A stretch of 64,000 bases of DNA, from the NCBI GenBank assembly GCA_965202585.1, contig OZ241832.1:65410001-65474000 (forward strand), in the 5' to 3' direction. Every line of letters begins with the position of its first letter. Position 1 is the first letter of the stretch. Below the pieces are notes generated by a model. The model was not told the origin of the DNA. It made no database searches and saw only the letters and a list, made by a program, of their open reading frames with translations. Of this stretch, positions 37,881 through 51,658 are shown in pieces. The position numbers and the translations under genes are program-made. This DNA is from Thalia democratica (taxonomy: Eukaryota).

Positions 37881-38609
37881 TAACCATTTTACTTTTCTCA
37901 GATTGTTGATAAGATTTTACATGAAGAATAACTCCTTGTCAATTTAGTTTAATAATTTATTAACAATGTAAAATCTGAAAAGAAAACAAGTATAAACATA
38001 AACACTAAAATGAGCTATAGTCTTATTATCCTACAAGAATATTGAATTCTGCAACTAGAATCTATCTACTTCTGACAAAATAAGTTGTGAAAAAACCAAT
38101 ATATTTTTTTGTGAAAATGTTGGTGATCAAAGCTTCATAGTCTTTTAAATACGTTTCATCATGAGGCATTCTGTGAAACCATTTAGCTTAATAAATTATG
38201 TGAATTTTAATCTCAAGAGTAATTTTCATTTCTAACAATAATACTGCTTTATCTATCAGTGTTTTTTTTTGGATAACCTGTTTCTGATAACTTTTAACTT
38301 TTATACACCAAATACAGTTTATATATTTCTTTTTAATTTGGTAAAGTTACCCATTTCAATCTAAATTTGTTTCTTTTTATACTTTCTTCAAAAGCCAAAT
38401 ATCTATATATAAGTTTTGTGTTTACTTATAAACAGAAATCTTAGACTTTTAATCAATTTATAGCTTATTTTACTGCAAATAAAAACCTTGTTATCCTTTA
38501 GTTTAGATGCATTTTACTTATTAAATTTATTGTTTCCAGAGAAACTTTTTCACATTGTATTTAAAGCTGTAGCAGTACACATGAGACTCTAAATTAAAAA
38601 AAACCTCTT

Positions 38610-39130
38610 TTTTATTAAATATTTTAAATCTCCCCACATCCTTTCAACCTTCTGGGTATGAACCCTAATGTTAAGAGGGTGTACAAAACCTACCGCATAA
38701 TTAACTTTAAAATGAAAAATTTATTTAAATTACGCTTATTCTAGAAGTTAAACTATTTCTTTTTATTTTACTATTGAAGACAATTAGATTGTTAATATTA
38801 TTACACAAAGCTTATATTTAAATATTATTTGAACTAATAGAGTATTAAAACTATACAACCTCAATTTAAGGTTTGGTGCCCTAGGATATAAATATGAATT
38901 TAAGGTTGCAAATATTCAGCTAACTATAGAAACGACATTGCTACTAAGTAAATTTTCTATATTGTTATTGGCCACAGCTGTCTGATATAATAGTAGTGCT
39001 CAATATATTTAATAATTACTGGCTCCAACGTCTCCCTATCTGTCCTTCCCTCCATTCCCAAACAATGTATAAAACGTTTACTGCTACAACAATCCATACC
39101 GCCAAATACCCAGTGATGGGTCCTTATAAG
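38610..39130 (-). mobile_element. Merlin transposase relic
   Basis: HWVFGGMDCCSSKRF...DRETLEPVIIKYI..TTIISD and GVHTQKVERMWGDLK. Confidence 0.75.
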
Positions 39131-42099
39131 TGTTTTAAATGGGTTACTTTTGCAAGGTGATATTTTTGCTTGGAACATAACTTTTGCATGCAGGTTGATT
39201 AAATGCTTCTATGTAATACCAAATCTAACAAAAATTTTTAAGTTTTGAAAACTGAAAAACGTATAAATTATTATAACTACAAACTACCTTGCAGTGACTT
39301 TTAGTACACCCATAGTTTTTTATTCCTTGAAGGATTGGTCCTATTATATGTAAGAAGGTGCCCTTCAAATACTATTTTGTTGTGTTTGCCTACACAAGGT
39401 ACTTCAGTAGAGTGTTTACTCTATAAAAGGGAAAACACTGAAATTTTTGATATATTAAAATTTTTTGAATGGATCATGTTGTGGTAAAAACTTTGTTGAT
39501 CCTATTTCAATTGGATCCTTGTTCAGTCAAACTTGATTGTTGAAAGCAGGTTTTCATCAGATGTGTGTTTGTGTTGTTTAAAAAAATCTTCTTCTGTTGT
39601 TTCAAAATTTCCATAACTGAAACCAAACTTTCATCATTAGAACCTACTTTCAATGACTAGTAATTTTTACAATAGAATATAAGTTCTAATAATTCACTTT
39701 TATAAATTTAAATGTTTCTCAGGTATATGTTCAATTTTTAAGTCAGAGCTTCATACTTTGTGATTGTCTGTTAATTTTTTAAACATCTATTACAATAAAA
39801 TAGAAAAAAATAGCAGTACTATGAGAAGTATGGCTTAAATCATATTTCAATATACAATTTTCGAAAGTTTGTTTGAAAACTACTGGTTATTTTTCCACAA
39901 CTAAAGCTTGTTTGACAAACTTTCTTTTTATCTCTTTTGCCCTATAAAAAGTAAGCATAAATTTTTTGATATTAGGATCTAATACCAAGTAATGTTTCTT
40001 TATTACTTGAATCCAATTTTTTTTTGATGTTTCTCAAGTACTTAGTTTTTATTTTATTACAGTTTATACTCTGTGGTTATTCATTACTTAAAAAAAGCTT
40101 TATTAATGACATTTAGAAAATCAGCAGTACTATGGGTAGTATGGCTTAAAATCATGTTTTAATATACATACATTATTCTTTAAGCTTGTTTAAGACTTAC
40201 TTTTCATGTTTCCAAAATAATAGCTTACATGTTTTACAAATTTTCATTTTATCTCTTAGCATAAAACAGTCATCCAAAGTGATCATTCTTTATCACTCGA
40301 CTTCCAAAGATGAACTTTGCAGTGCTCAACTTATTAGACTCAACGATTGCTTAAACCAATCTATGTTTTTTACTTTAAACAAAGTATACTTAATAGCTGT
40401 CCTGTTAAGGATAAATATTTATTTTTACAGGTCTTACTTGGACAAAATTGTCTTGAAGCATTGACACAAGTGAATTCTTTTTTGCAAAACTTTTATTGCA
40501 AAGTCCGCAATGTTTTCATACTTGAAATGAGTTCCCATTTGGATAACAAATATTTTACTGACTCTTTATTATTTTAAAAGCAAAGATTGCCTTTGTACTG
40601 CTTTTAACTAAAATTGTACTTATTTTAGTTGAAAGCTAAATATTTTAAATTATGTAAGCTTTTATTATGTAAACTCACACTTATATATTTTATACCTACG
40701 CCAACAAATGTTTTATATTTATCACATTGTACCCTTTTTTGTGAACAAACATGCTGTTTCTAAAACCATTATGACGTAATGACTAAAATTTCTAATTGAC
40801 TGCTATATGAGTGATTCTCTTACATGCCTGAACATTTTTGTTGCTTCTATTAAATCAAACCAGTTGTAGTTTTTGCTTTTTTGTTGTTTGTACAAAACTT
40901 GGCTTAATTGATAAAATTGTATACTAAAAATATTTATAATAATAAATAAGTATACTTGAGTTAAAATAATTTTTTAAACTATTATTATGTTTTAACAGCC
41001 AAGCAGTAGTTGCCACATACAATTTGTTCATCTCTAGCTACGCTATCTTCAACAACTTGTCTTTGACTATTGTTTATTTTGGGAAATTTTTTCCTTTATT
41101 CCTGAATGTCATTGACTATTGTTTATTAGTTTTTCCAAAAATATTTTTTTTTATATTTAAATGTTTTGAATGAGACTCTTCATTTTTGTGTAAAATTTTT
41201 GAGGTTTTAAGGTCAGTTTTTCTGTACACCTTTTAAAAACGTATTAAGAAAAAGAAATATTTTACTCATTGTAAAAATGTGTTTGGTATTACCACTAAAA
41301 TGCTTCTATTGAAAATATGGTAATTGTTTTTCTAGATTCTTCTATTTTGACATGTTAATATTTGAAAGCCAGCCCACAATACGGGTTGTGCTTACTTAAT
41401 CTTTACCAAGTGAATATATCTTACCTTTCTAGGTCAATTACATAAACTAAATATTATTCTTGATCAAAATAAAGTTTTTTAATTGGAATTATTTGATAAT
41501 TATTTACAGTTCAAAATATATTTTAATACTTTCTTTTGCTTTGACTTTAAACAATTCGAGTGGCAGTGCACAGAGTTCCAACTATATTTTTATTTGAAAA
41601 AATAATTTGTTTTCACTGTTTCATTTTTCACTGTTTTTCAAGTAACTTATTCCTTTCTTTACAATAAAATTCTTCATCATTCACAGGGAAACTTATAGAA
41701 CCTGTTTTCTGTTTGAATGAATTCAACTCCATTTTCACCTACAGAATTTTAAGTTCAATTTTATTTGGACAATATAAGAATTTCCATTCCTAACAATAAA
41801 TACACTTCGTGTAGGGTTTAAGGTCAACTTTTCTGTACACCTGTTGAACAAGTGTTAGGAAAAGAAACATTTTACTCATTATAAATATGTATTTTGTATT
41901 ACCATTTTGTTTCCTTTGAATTACTACAAATTCATTATCTTTAGTTAAAATATTTTTATAGAATAAGCTTTCCTACTTCCTATAGCTAAAGTACTACAGT
42001 TATTTATATTGTTATTGGTAGGAAAATCTTTATATATTTTATTAAAACTGTTTTTATCTAGGTTACAGTTAAAAAATCATAACCAGGTAGTGTAAACGT

Positions 42100-42870
42100 T
42101 GCCTTTATGTTTACAATAGATTTTTTGATATCTTCAAATTGAAAAAGCAGTAACTGTCTTAGTTTTAGGTCTTGCAGTTTACTTTACAGCTGACTTAATT
42201 CAAAAGTTAGTGTTTTCTACTAAATTATTTAAAACAGGCTTGTTTAGGTTTAAATAAATGTATGGTTGTAAAACATATCTGAAAATTAAGTCCAAACTTT
42301 TGTTAATATACCTTTTTATTTTTAATATGCAGGATGAGAATTGTTTAGAATTTAATATATTATTTTCAATTTCATTATATTTTGTAAAAGAGCTACACTC
42401 TTCCATCAAAAATTTTGATTTTTAAGAATTTCATTATCAATATTTGCTTTTGAATTACCATTTTTTTGTGTGCTACAAAAGACTCTGTTAGAATTTGAAA
42501 ACACAGAATTAATCGCTTTTGTTATTGAATATTCTTGATCACTGACAAAAATTAATTTGGAGATTGCCAATATTTTAAATAAAAAGTTTTATCTGATATT
42601 TCTTGCAAGGTTTTATCTATGGTTTAAAAAAATAAATATAAACATCAAATTTCAGGATGCTTGAAAAAAATTAGTCCTATAAAAAAAGCAAAGTCTTTTG
42701 AAATCCGCAATACAGCTTTATATTTGTATAACTAATGTAGGAATATAAAACTCTGACCTATCAAAAGTCTTATCAACTTGGATAAGACATCTATAATTTG
42801 AAGTTGTAAAAGCAAGAATAGGTCATATTGACTGTCCTTAATATATAATACAAAAGATGACAATTCACTT
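42100..42870 (-). mobile_element. MULE transposase relic, additional copy of 6140-6830
   Basis: Direct sequence similarity to 6140-6830, with the FVSDQEYS and VDKTFDRS motifs. Confidence 0.65.
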
Positions 42871-43644
42871 TTACATTTATTTAAGATCATAACTGACAAA
42901 ACTTCAGACTAAGCAGATCATATAAAGAGTTACAAAGTTCTCATTATATTCATTATCAACATTCTTTAGTTCAAAATTGCAAGCAGGAAAGCAATAATTA
43001 ATTTTAAACATTTCTTTAATATTAAGAAGATGTAATTCAGTTGAATTTTAAGTTCTTCAATTAATTTTAAAGGTCTGAGCAACTGATCATTAAGGAGCTG
43101 CGTATTTTCCTATTTGCACTTCAATTATTTGTTAAAGGAGTACATGTACATGGAGTATTACATGAACAATTTTTAACTAAACGATCTCAACATGGATCTT
43201 AATTTTAGGAAATATTTAAAATGTATAGGATTTAATTGATTCATTACTATTTATGTATTCTGGAAAGTTTGAAATTAAATGAAAATTATCATGAAGTTTA
43301 TTTATGGTCCTGCATTAAGTTGATTTTTTATCATTAGTTTAAGTTTTTTATTAGAATTAGTTGTATAAGAGATATTTTTTGGTACTTGTAAATGGCAAAA
43401 ATATATATCTATGTTGTTAGAAGTCTCATTTAAAGAACTTACAATACTTGCTTCCTAGTCAGTGCGAAATGAAAGTAATTGGTCAAAGGTTTGATTTATA
43501 TGTTTTGTTTTATTAAATCTTTCATTAATACTTTAAAGTGAAATGAGGTTTTCATCAGAAGTTTGTTTGTTTTGTTTTAAAAAAAACTAGTTTGTTGTCA
43601 TCAATTTTTATACATTTTTGATGAATCTCAACAAAGCTTGTTCA

Positions 43645-43820
43645 CTCTTCCGGATCAACAATTCCTTCTTTTGCGTCAACAATTCCCTCTTCCGGACCAA
43701 CAATTCCCTCTTCCGGATCAACAATTCCCTCTTCCGGATCAACAATTCCCTCTTCCGGATCAACAATTCCTTCTTCCGGATCAACAATTCCCTCTTCCTG
43801 ATCAACAATTCCTTCTTCTG
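43645..43820. repeat. 21-bp minisatellite, 8 full units of (c/t)tcttccggatcaacaattcc; ~2 units at paralog 5481-5520
   Basis: Units counted directly at 43645-43812. The stop-free repeat explains the overlapping heptad ORFs in the track. Confidence 0.95.
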
Positions 43821-43879
43821 CGTATTTTTTCATTTTTGAGGCTTGGTTTTTTGATGCTGAAAATAGTAGTGCCCAATTT

Positions 43880-44110
43880 AATATGTTTAACAATTATTGG
43901 CTTCCAATGTCTCCCTATCTCATTTTCTTTTTTTTTTATTAACTTCATACCTTATTACTAATAAATGTTTATCATTAAAAGATTAAGGAAAAGTTGTTAA
44001 TAAACATTTAGCACTGCCAAATACCCAGTAAAGAGTCCTTTGAGTTGCCGTCCTCTATGATACTTTGCTGTGCTGAAATTTTTAGAAAATCCATCTGATT
44101 TTGTGTGTGG
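43880..44110 (-). mobile_element. Merlin transposase relic (paralog of 5540-5800)
   Basis: KYHRGRQL..WVFGSAK...DRETLEA.IVKHIKLGTTIFS. Confidence 0.6.
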
Positions 44111-44449
44111 TGGAGTGTTAGATTTTATTTTTGTTTATGTAATGATTTATTTTTGGAGTAAAATCTTATAGCCCTGGGTTTTAGTTTCAATTTTCCTTTT
44201 TAAAAATTAAAACAATGGCAGTCTATACCTGTATTACAATGTTGGAAAATTTCATTATCTAAAACTATTATTTAATTATAATATTTATAGTTTTACTAGA
44301 ATACACCTTCCTACTTCTTTTACCTAAATTACTATAATTATTATTATTTATATTTTATTTAAACTATTTTTATCTAGGTTATAGCTACTAATTTCTTAAT
44401 ACGGTAGTTTAGAGGTTGCCTATGGGTTTACAATAGATTTTTTGATATC

Positions 44450-45450
44450 TTCAAATTGAAAAAGCAGTAACTATCTTAATTTTTGGACTATAATTTTAGG
44501 ACTTGACGGTTCCTTAACAGCTGATTAACTACAAAAATTGGTGTTTTCTGCTACATTGTTTAAAACAGGCTTGTTCAGGTTTAAACAAATATAAGGTTGT
44601 AAAACAAATCTGAAAATTAAGTCCAAACTTTTGTTAATATACCTTTTTCTTTTTGGAGTGCAAGATGAGAATTGTTTAGAATTTAATATATTATTTTATT
44701 TCATTATATTTTGTAAAAGAGCTACACTCTTCCATCAAAAATTTTGATTTTTAAGAGTTTCATTATCAATATTTGCTTTTGAATTACCATTTTTTGTGTG
44801 CTACAAAAGATTCTGTTAGAATTTGGAAACACAGAATTAACCGCTTTTGTTATAGAATATTCTTGATCACTGACAAAAGTTAATTTGGAGATTGCCAATC
44901 TTTTAAATAAAAACTTTCATCTGCTATTTCTTGCAAGGTTTTATCTATGGTTTATAAATTAATGTAGTAATATAAAACTCTGACCTATCAAAAGTCTTAT
45001 CAACTTGGATACGACATTTATAATTTGGGTTTGTAATAAGCTTGTATAGGCCATAAAAACTATCTTTAATATATAATACGACAGATTACAATTCTTATTT
45101 ACATTTGTTTAAAATGTTTCTTTGAACAAAGTCAATATTACCAGCCTTTTTACTTAGATTACAGATTTCTTCAACCACATTTCTGTCAATTAAACGGTTT
45201 TTTTCGGTTTTTTCTCTACTCCCTTTGTTACATCTGTACAATTCTCTTTTTATGTCATAACTGAAATTAAAAGTATCTGTAAGTTTAATGCTATTTATAT
45301 TTATTAAGAAATTTATTGAGTAGTTTGTAAAACAAGTAATTACTTGCATGGTTTGCTGCATTTTGGACACAAAGCTACTTATGGCAAAACTCTTTGTTTT
45401 TGAAGAAACTTTCTAGAGAATTTATTGTCTTCTGTTTGGGCGTGAAATAA
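44450..45450 (-). mobile_element. MULE relic, close copy of 6180-7140
   Basis: Nearly identical to 6130-7130 by inspection. Confidence 0.65.
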
Positions 45451-46204
45451 TACTATTCTTATTAAGTGGTTTTCTATACAAAAACAGTTCATAATAATAT
45501 TATACATTAACTCTATAGCTTCTTACTGATTAATGTTTATCTTTATAAGTTTAGAGAAGTTGTTTGTTTTGGTACTATGTTACCAAGCGATGTTTTTAAT
45601 TTTTATAAGTTAATGTAGTAATATAAACTCTGACCTATCAAAAGTCTTATCAAAGTGGATTAAACATTTATAATTTGAATTTGTAACAAGCAAAACAGGT
45701 CATATAGACTATCCTTAAAATATAATACAAAATAAGGCAATTCACTTTTACATTTATTTGAAATGTATCTTTGGACTAATGTCATCATTACCAGCTTTTT
45801 ACTTAGATCACAGATTTTTTCAACCAAATTTCTGTCAACTTAACGGTTTGACAAAAACTCATTTTTAGTTTTGTTTTCTCACATTTCATATTTCTATTAA
45901 AGGCAGGACAAATTGCAGCAATACTTTTATGGGCTTGGAACTTATAGTTGGTTAATAGTGTTGCAATTGTTTGTGGACATTTATATGCCACTAAAACATT
46001 CGGGTTCTCTTTTGTTCTTTGTGAGTTTTAAAAGTTTTGGAAATTTTGTTGTCCAAAGACTTATATTCTCATTAACTTTTCTTGCCTTCTTCATTGGAGC
46101 TCCAAACCGATCTTTCCATTCTGCTGTGATTTCAACCATATTGTCAACTAAAGCTTAAAAGAAGTAAGACTTTAAACATTTATCTTTTAAAAACTTAATT
46201 GCTT

Positions 46205-47790
46205 CTAGATAATCACTGTCACGTTTGCACAATCTCCTTAGTCTTAATGACTCTCCAAATACAATTGATTTGTAAATGGAGCGTGGATGGTGTGACTTTA
46301 CATTTACAAACACAATTTTTTGGTGTTGGTTTTTTATAGTATTTTACATAAAAACCGCCTTTTTCTGTTTAGTCAATGACGTGGTTGACATCCAAAATAT
46401 TTCAGTTTTACAGTAGTATATTGCAACATTTTTTGTAAGGTTTTGGAGCATGGTGGTAATTCTAGATAAGAAAATGTTGCCTAAAGCCCAAACCATTCTT
46501 GTTGGTGTTTCTCTTATGTTTTTAGTTTTAACTTGTTGCGGGTTTAATTTATGAGTTTTAACTAACTTTTCACTAACTTTTGCTATACTGACATTAAAAG
46601 TTGCTGCATCCACAAGTAATCAAAAGAATTGAAGACTTTTCAGGACTTTTCAATATCTATAAACTGAATGTCTACAAGCGTCTTAGTCTTTTTAACCACT
46701 TCCAAAGGTTTTAAAGTGGTGACTTTTGCTATACTGACATTAAAAGTTGCTGCATCCACAAGTAATCACAAGAATTGAAGACTTTTTAGGACTTTTCAAT
46801 ATCTATAAACTGAATGTCTACAAGCTTCTTAATCTTTTTAAAAACTTCCAAAGGTTTTAAAGTGCATGATCCTGTGATAGTCTTGATTTTAGCATTTGCG
46901 CTTTCTGCTCAAATATTGGTGAGTGGTTTTTTATTTGGGAGTTTGAAAATAAGAAGGAGTTAATTAAATATTATGAGATGCAACACTGTTCATCCTGGTA
47001 ACATGGTCCACTGACATGATCCATAGTAGGTTTTATTTCGGTCCACTTTGTAATAGCAATTAGTAACTAGATAATCACTGTCACGTTTGCACAATCTCCT
47101 TAGTTTTATTGACTCTCCGAATACAATTGATTTGTAAATGGAGCGTGTGGATGGTGTGACTTTCCATTTACAAACATAATTTTTTGGTGTTGGTTTTTTA
47201 TAGTATTTTACATAAAAACCGCCTTTTTCTGTTTAGTCAATGACGTGGTTGACATCCAAAATATTTCAGTTTTACAGTAGTATATTGCAACATTTTTTGT
47301 AAGGTTTTGGAGCATGGTGGTAATTCTAGATAAGAAAGTGTTGCCTAAAACCCTAATCATTCTTTTTGGTGTTTCTCTTATGTTTTTAGTTTTAACTTGT
47401 TGCGGGTTTAATTTATGAGTTTTAACTAACTTTTCACTAACTTTTGCTATACTGACATTAAAAGTTGCTGAATCCACAAGTAATCAAAAGAATTGAAGAC
47501 TTTTCAGGACTTTTCAATATCTATAAACTGAATGTCTACAAGCTTCTTAATCTTTTGAACCCACTTTCAAAGGTTTCTAAGTGCATGATCATGTGATAGT
47601 CTTGATTTTGGCATTTGCGCTTTCTGCTGAAATATTGATGAGTGGTTTTTTATTTGGGAGTTTAAGTTTGAAATAAGAAGAAATTAATGAAATATTATGA
47701 GATGCAACACTGTTAATCCTGGTAACTTAGTCCACTGGCATGATCCATAGTAGGTTTTATTTTGGTCCACTTTGAAATAGCAATTAGTAA
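46205..47790. repeat. Tandem duplication (46205-47066 / 47067-47790) of a Penelope thumb relic; first copy has an internal ~140-bp duplication
   Basis: Both copies start ctagataatcactgtcacgtttgcacaatctcc and end atagcaattagtaa. acttttgctatactgacattaaaagttgc occurs at 46576 and 46722. Confidence 0.9.
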
Positions 47791-48318
47791 ACTTTGAAAT
47801 GTTTGTCTTGGAAATTTACTACTTTAATATTATTGGAAGGAAAATTGAGGCAACAAAGCTAAAAAAATTCAATTTTACAACTATTATCACGTCATTGTTA
47901 ATGGCATTACTTATAGTTGTAAAGCTATTTTCCTGGTGGCTGTTTATAACCAGGCAGTTTTTACTAGTATTGTACTATTTTTATTACATTAGCTTAAATT
48001 GTAATATCAACAACCTGCTGTGATTCTAACCATCTTGTGTTAAAAAATAATAAAGGTATGGTTCTTTGAACCAGTTTCATTTACATTATATCTTCAAGTT
48101 TCACAACTTTTGTTTTTATAAATTACCTTATTTCCAATTTCGCATTCAATTCAATACATTGTTGTAGACTTCATATCTGTTCAAGGTTTTTTTATGTAAT
48201 AACTTGGGGTGGTTTCTCCTAACAACTCTTTCTCTTTTATTTTATTGAATATTTTGTTGTCTTCTTCAACAACTTTTTAGATCTTGTTGTTAAAGTTAAT
48301 ATTAGAAAAATTACAGCT

Positions 48319-48860
48319 TCATTTTTTTTCTGATATAAGTTTGATTACAATAATCTGCATATTCATTTTTGTGATACAGTCCAGTGTCATAAATAAATTT
48401 TCATATAGAGTTTGAGAATTGAATTGTCTTTTTATTTGTACTTTTTGTGAAAAATTAATGTTTGATTTTATTAGATTGTAAATTATGTTCTTGCTTATAT
48501 GTAGATAGCATCTAAACTTTAAACTGTCAGGAAATATTTTGTATACTGAGTTTATTAGAGCTTGTTCTCCATCTTTCACAAATGATGGTTTATAAAAGTC
48601 AAATTCAGGAAATAACTTTGTGCTTGTATTTGTTTTAATCAAGTTGAAAAAATGATCATAGTCCTCGTCTTAAGCATTTTATGTAGAAAACATCGACCTT
48701 AAAACAAAGGATTAGAATTATTATCTCTCAAGATAACTTTGTTGTTTTTAAAATTCTTAGGAAGTGTGATCATAAGTTAAAAGTCCTGCCCACACTTCAA
48801 AAGATCTAAGATCTTTTGAATAAGTTATCATGTTCAGAAACTGATCTTCTGTAACAAGGA
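48319..48860 (-). mobile_element. MULE transposase relic
   Basis: FVKDGEQALINSVYKIFPDSLKFRCYLH (D.E.AL.N....FP.....C..H). Confidence 0.75.
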
Positions 48861-48989
48861 CAAAACAAAAAACATTATTATGTACATTATTAAATACCAG
48901 GTTATTAAATTTTACTATTTATTTACTATAAACAAATTTTTAACACTTGTTATTAACAAATGTAATATTTTCAATGTTTCGTTTATGGC

Positions 48990-51060
48990 AGTATTGTTCA
49001 CATTGCATAAATAAAAAATTGAAATAATATATTGTTGTTGTTCAGTTTTCTATTTATTGTTGTATTGTGTGTTGCTATACGTTTTTTAAGCTGATTGACA
49101 CTTAGTCCAATATATATTTTTGATGAATTGTCTATTTTTATTGTTGCCTGGTAAATTAAATTTTATTTCCTTAAATTTAATTACATTCTCCTCCTTCCAG
49201 GGGGCATGTTTTGTTTCTTTCTGCAGTTGTTCATTAACCAAAACAGGTACACATAACTTGTTTTTCTAAAAGCTGTTCAAAAATTTAGATAGTTTTCCTT
49301 TTAACTTCGTTAACAGTTATGCAGATAGTTTTTTTCTCTAGAAGCTGCTCTTTGAAATATTCTACCTTTGTAGTGTCAGACATCACAACTTTTTTAATGA
49401 GATTAACTGCTTTACTACCAAAAAAAAAAACGATCTACAATTGTGAATAAACACTTTTTATTGCATCTTCAGCTACAGTAAAAGATTATTTTTCTACTTT
49501 AAAACATGTGCTACATCTTTTGTTTTAAAAATTTAAGTTTTGAAAACTGAAATACATATAAATTATTATCACTATAAATTACCATGCAATTACTTTTAGT
49601 ACCTCTATAGTTTTTTCTTTGAATGATTGGTCCTATAATGTGTAAGAAGGTGCCCTTCAAATACTATTTTGTTGTGTTTGCCTACAGTATGCACTTCAGT
49701 GAAGAAATCACTCATTTAAAGTATTTACTGCAAATTGACTCTATAAAAGGGTAAACACTGAAATTTGTAATGTATTATTATCTTTTATTAAGGCTATTAT
49801 TTTAAACTAACATCAAATCATACATCTAGCTTACTAAAATCACTTTTATTATTTTCCATAATAATCAGATAGCAAAAACTTTGTAACACTTAAAATTTGT
49901 TTATTTTTCAACATTTGTTCAAAGGCTGTCTAGTAATTTTACTGAGCTCATGTTTTGTAAAACTTGTACTCAATTTTTTTTCAACATGTAAAGATTTTTG
50001 CATTATAGTTGTGGAAAAAGCCCACTGCCACGTCAAAATTGTCAGATGATTTTGTCCAGATAATTTTTTTTCAACATTAGTTTTTACTGAATTGCTAAAA
50101 GAAGGGTTGTACCAGATTACATTTCTTTTTCTTTTATGTTTTTTATTAGTTTTAGGTTGTTGCTGAGGTTTTTCGAATTCTCTCAAAAATACTTTTGGAA
50201 TAATCTAAAAGAATTTCTTCTTCACTATATTGTTTGTTTAAGCGTCGATTAATTATTTTTGAAATTTGTTTTCTGATATTTTAGGATGGCTTGATTGTTT
50301 GTTAACAAACATAATTTTTGCGTTTTACTTTTTATAAGGCATAGAAGAGATATCATTCAAGTTGAGCTTCACATCTTGGAAGTCAGTTATCACTAGTGGC
50401 GATTCCACAGTAACCCCATAGATTTGGAGAAGTCATGAGTTTGTTTTTTAGCCTTTCAACATTAAAGCCAGAAGATTTATATAATACAGCTAGACCATCG
50501 TCTCTGTACAATCCAACTCTATTTAAACCAAAGATATCTTTTGTACTATATTTAACCAAAGATGTTTTATTTATTTTTGTTCTATATTTGAGCAATCTTT
50601 TAAACTTATTTAACCAAATCTGAAGAGACTCTGTAGTTAGATCATCTGTAGAGTGTTCAGTAAATGGGCGAACTGAGTTTGAATTACTCAGAAATGATGA
50701 AATATTTGTATTTATTTTACACATTGCAACAGTACTCCCAGTAGCATCGAAACTTATTGATATAAAATTATCTGATTTCCTAATAGAAAGCAAAATTTTC
50801 ATTGCCTCACTTTTCTGGCTAACCATGCTAATGGACTTTCTAGAACTTTAAACTGGTTAGTTTTGAGAATTATTTTTGTTATAGTTTTAAAGAACTCATC
50901 AGATTTGCACTCACTGCGTTGATTAGCAAATTTTTCTGAAATTTACCCAGCCTTGATAGTTACATGTTTTACAAAATAAAGCAATTTCCGTGTAAATAAT
51001 ATAAATATTTTCGTTACCTTGAAACTTGATTGACCCTGAGGTTTGAAAAACCTATATACA
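48990..51060 (-). mobile_element. Decayed Penelope-like element, paralog of 13500-15400
   Basis: VGLYRDDGLAVLYKSSG and KRKRNVIWYNPSFSNSVKTNV; GIY-YIG relic near 48990-49260. Confidence 0.85.
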
Positions 51061-51109
51061 ACTACGTATTCCATTTTATTTTTCATAGTAGTTGTTTTTT
51101 TGGTTAATT

Positions 51110-51658
51110 GAGATTACTGGACATCGCCGAAGACATTCTCAGCAAACTTCCTTGAAAGGACTTCAATTTGGAAGATGCTTTGCAAAAATACCCAGTCATG
51201 TACGAGGAGAGCATGAACACCGTTCTTGTGTTGAAGAAATGGATTGAACCAGTTAGTTAAGTTATTTGTAAAACATTGTCTAATTAAATTATTAAAAATA
51301 AGTTTTTTTTATTTACTAGTTAAAATTATGTACAAAACTCCTTATTGTTTATTATTTGTTACCAGTCTTTGTTGTATGTATAAAATGTTTATAAAATATT
51401 ATTTTAAATTAAATTGTCACAATTTTTAATTATTATAATGAAAGTTGTAATTTTTTAATATACTCTTTTTTTTTTGTAAATGTTTTATATTATTAACAGT
51501 TTGCTGAGAGTAATCCGAGTGACGCTAATAAACCTGAGGAAGGCAATCAGAGGTTTGGTCGTCATCAACAGCGAGTTGGAAGCCCTGGTTGGAACAGTCT
51601 CATAATAGGGAAAGTACCTGATGTGTAGATGAAGTGCTGCTATCTGAACTTGAAACCT
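51110..51658 (+). pseudogene. Second copy of the dynein heavy chain pseudo-exons (intron 51252-51499)
   Basis: [10 protein letters not shown]...[16 protein letters not shown] and LLRVIRVTLINLRKAIRGLVVINSELEAL...SLIIGKVPDV*. Its lesions differ from those of copy 1. Confidence 0.85.

Larger units (their letters stand above)
35594..38035 (-). mobile_element. Complete-ended non-autonomous Ty3/Gypsy LTR element carrying a captured viral-like ORF
   Basis: 114-bp LTRs at 35594-35707 and 37922-38035 (TG...CA, 2 mismatches). 5-bp TSD AGAAT at 35589-35593 and 38036-38040. PPT GAGCTGGAGGGGA at 35708-35720 abuts the 3' LTR. No gag, protease, RT or RNase H. Confidence 0.95.

Noticed and set aside
43608-43961. 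Four overlapping ORFs as real repeat proteins
   Set aside because: They are explained by a stop-free 21-bp minisatellite and are not conserved at the paralogous site.
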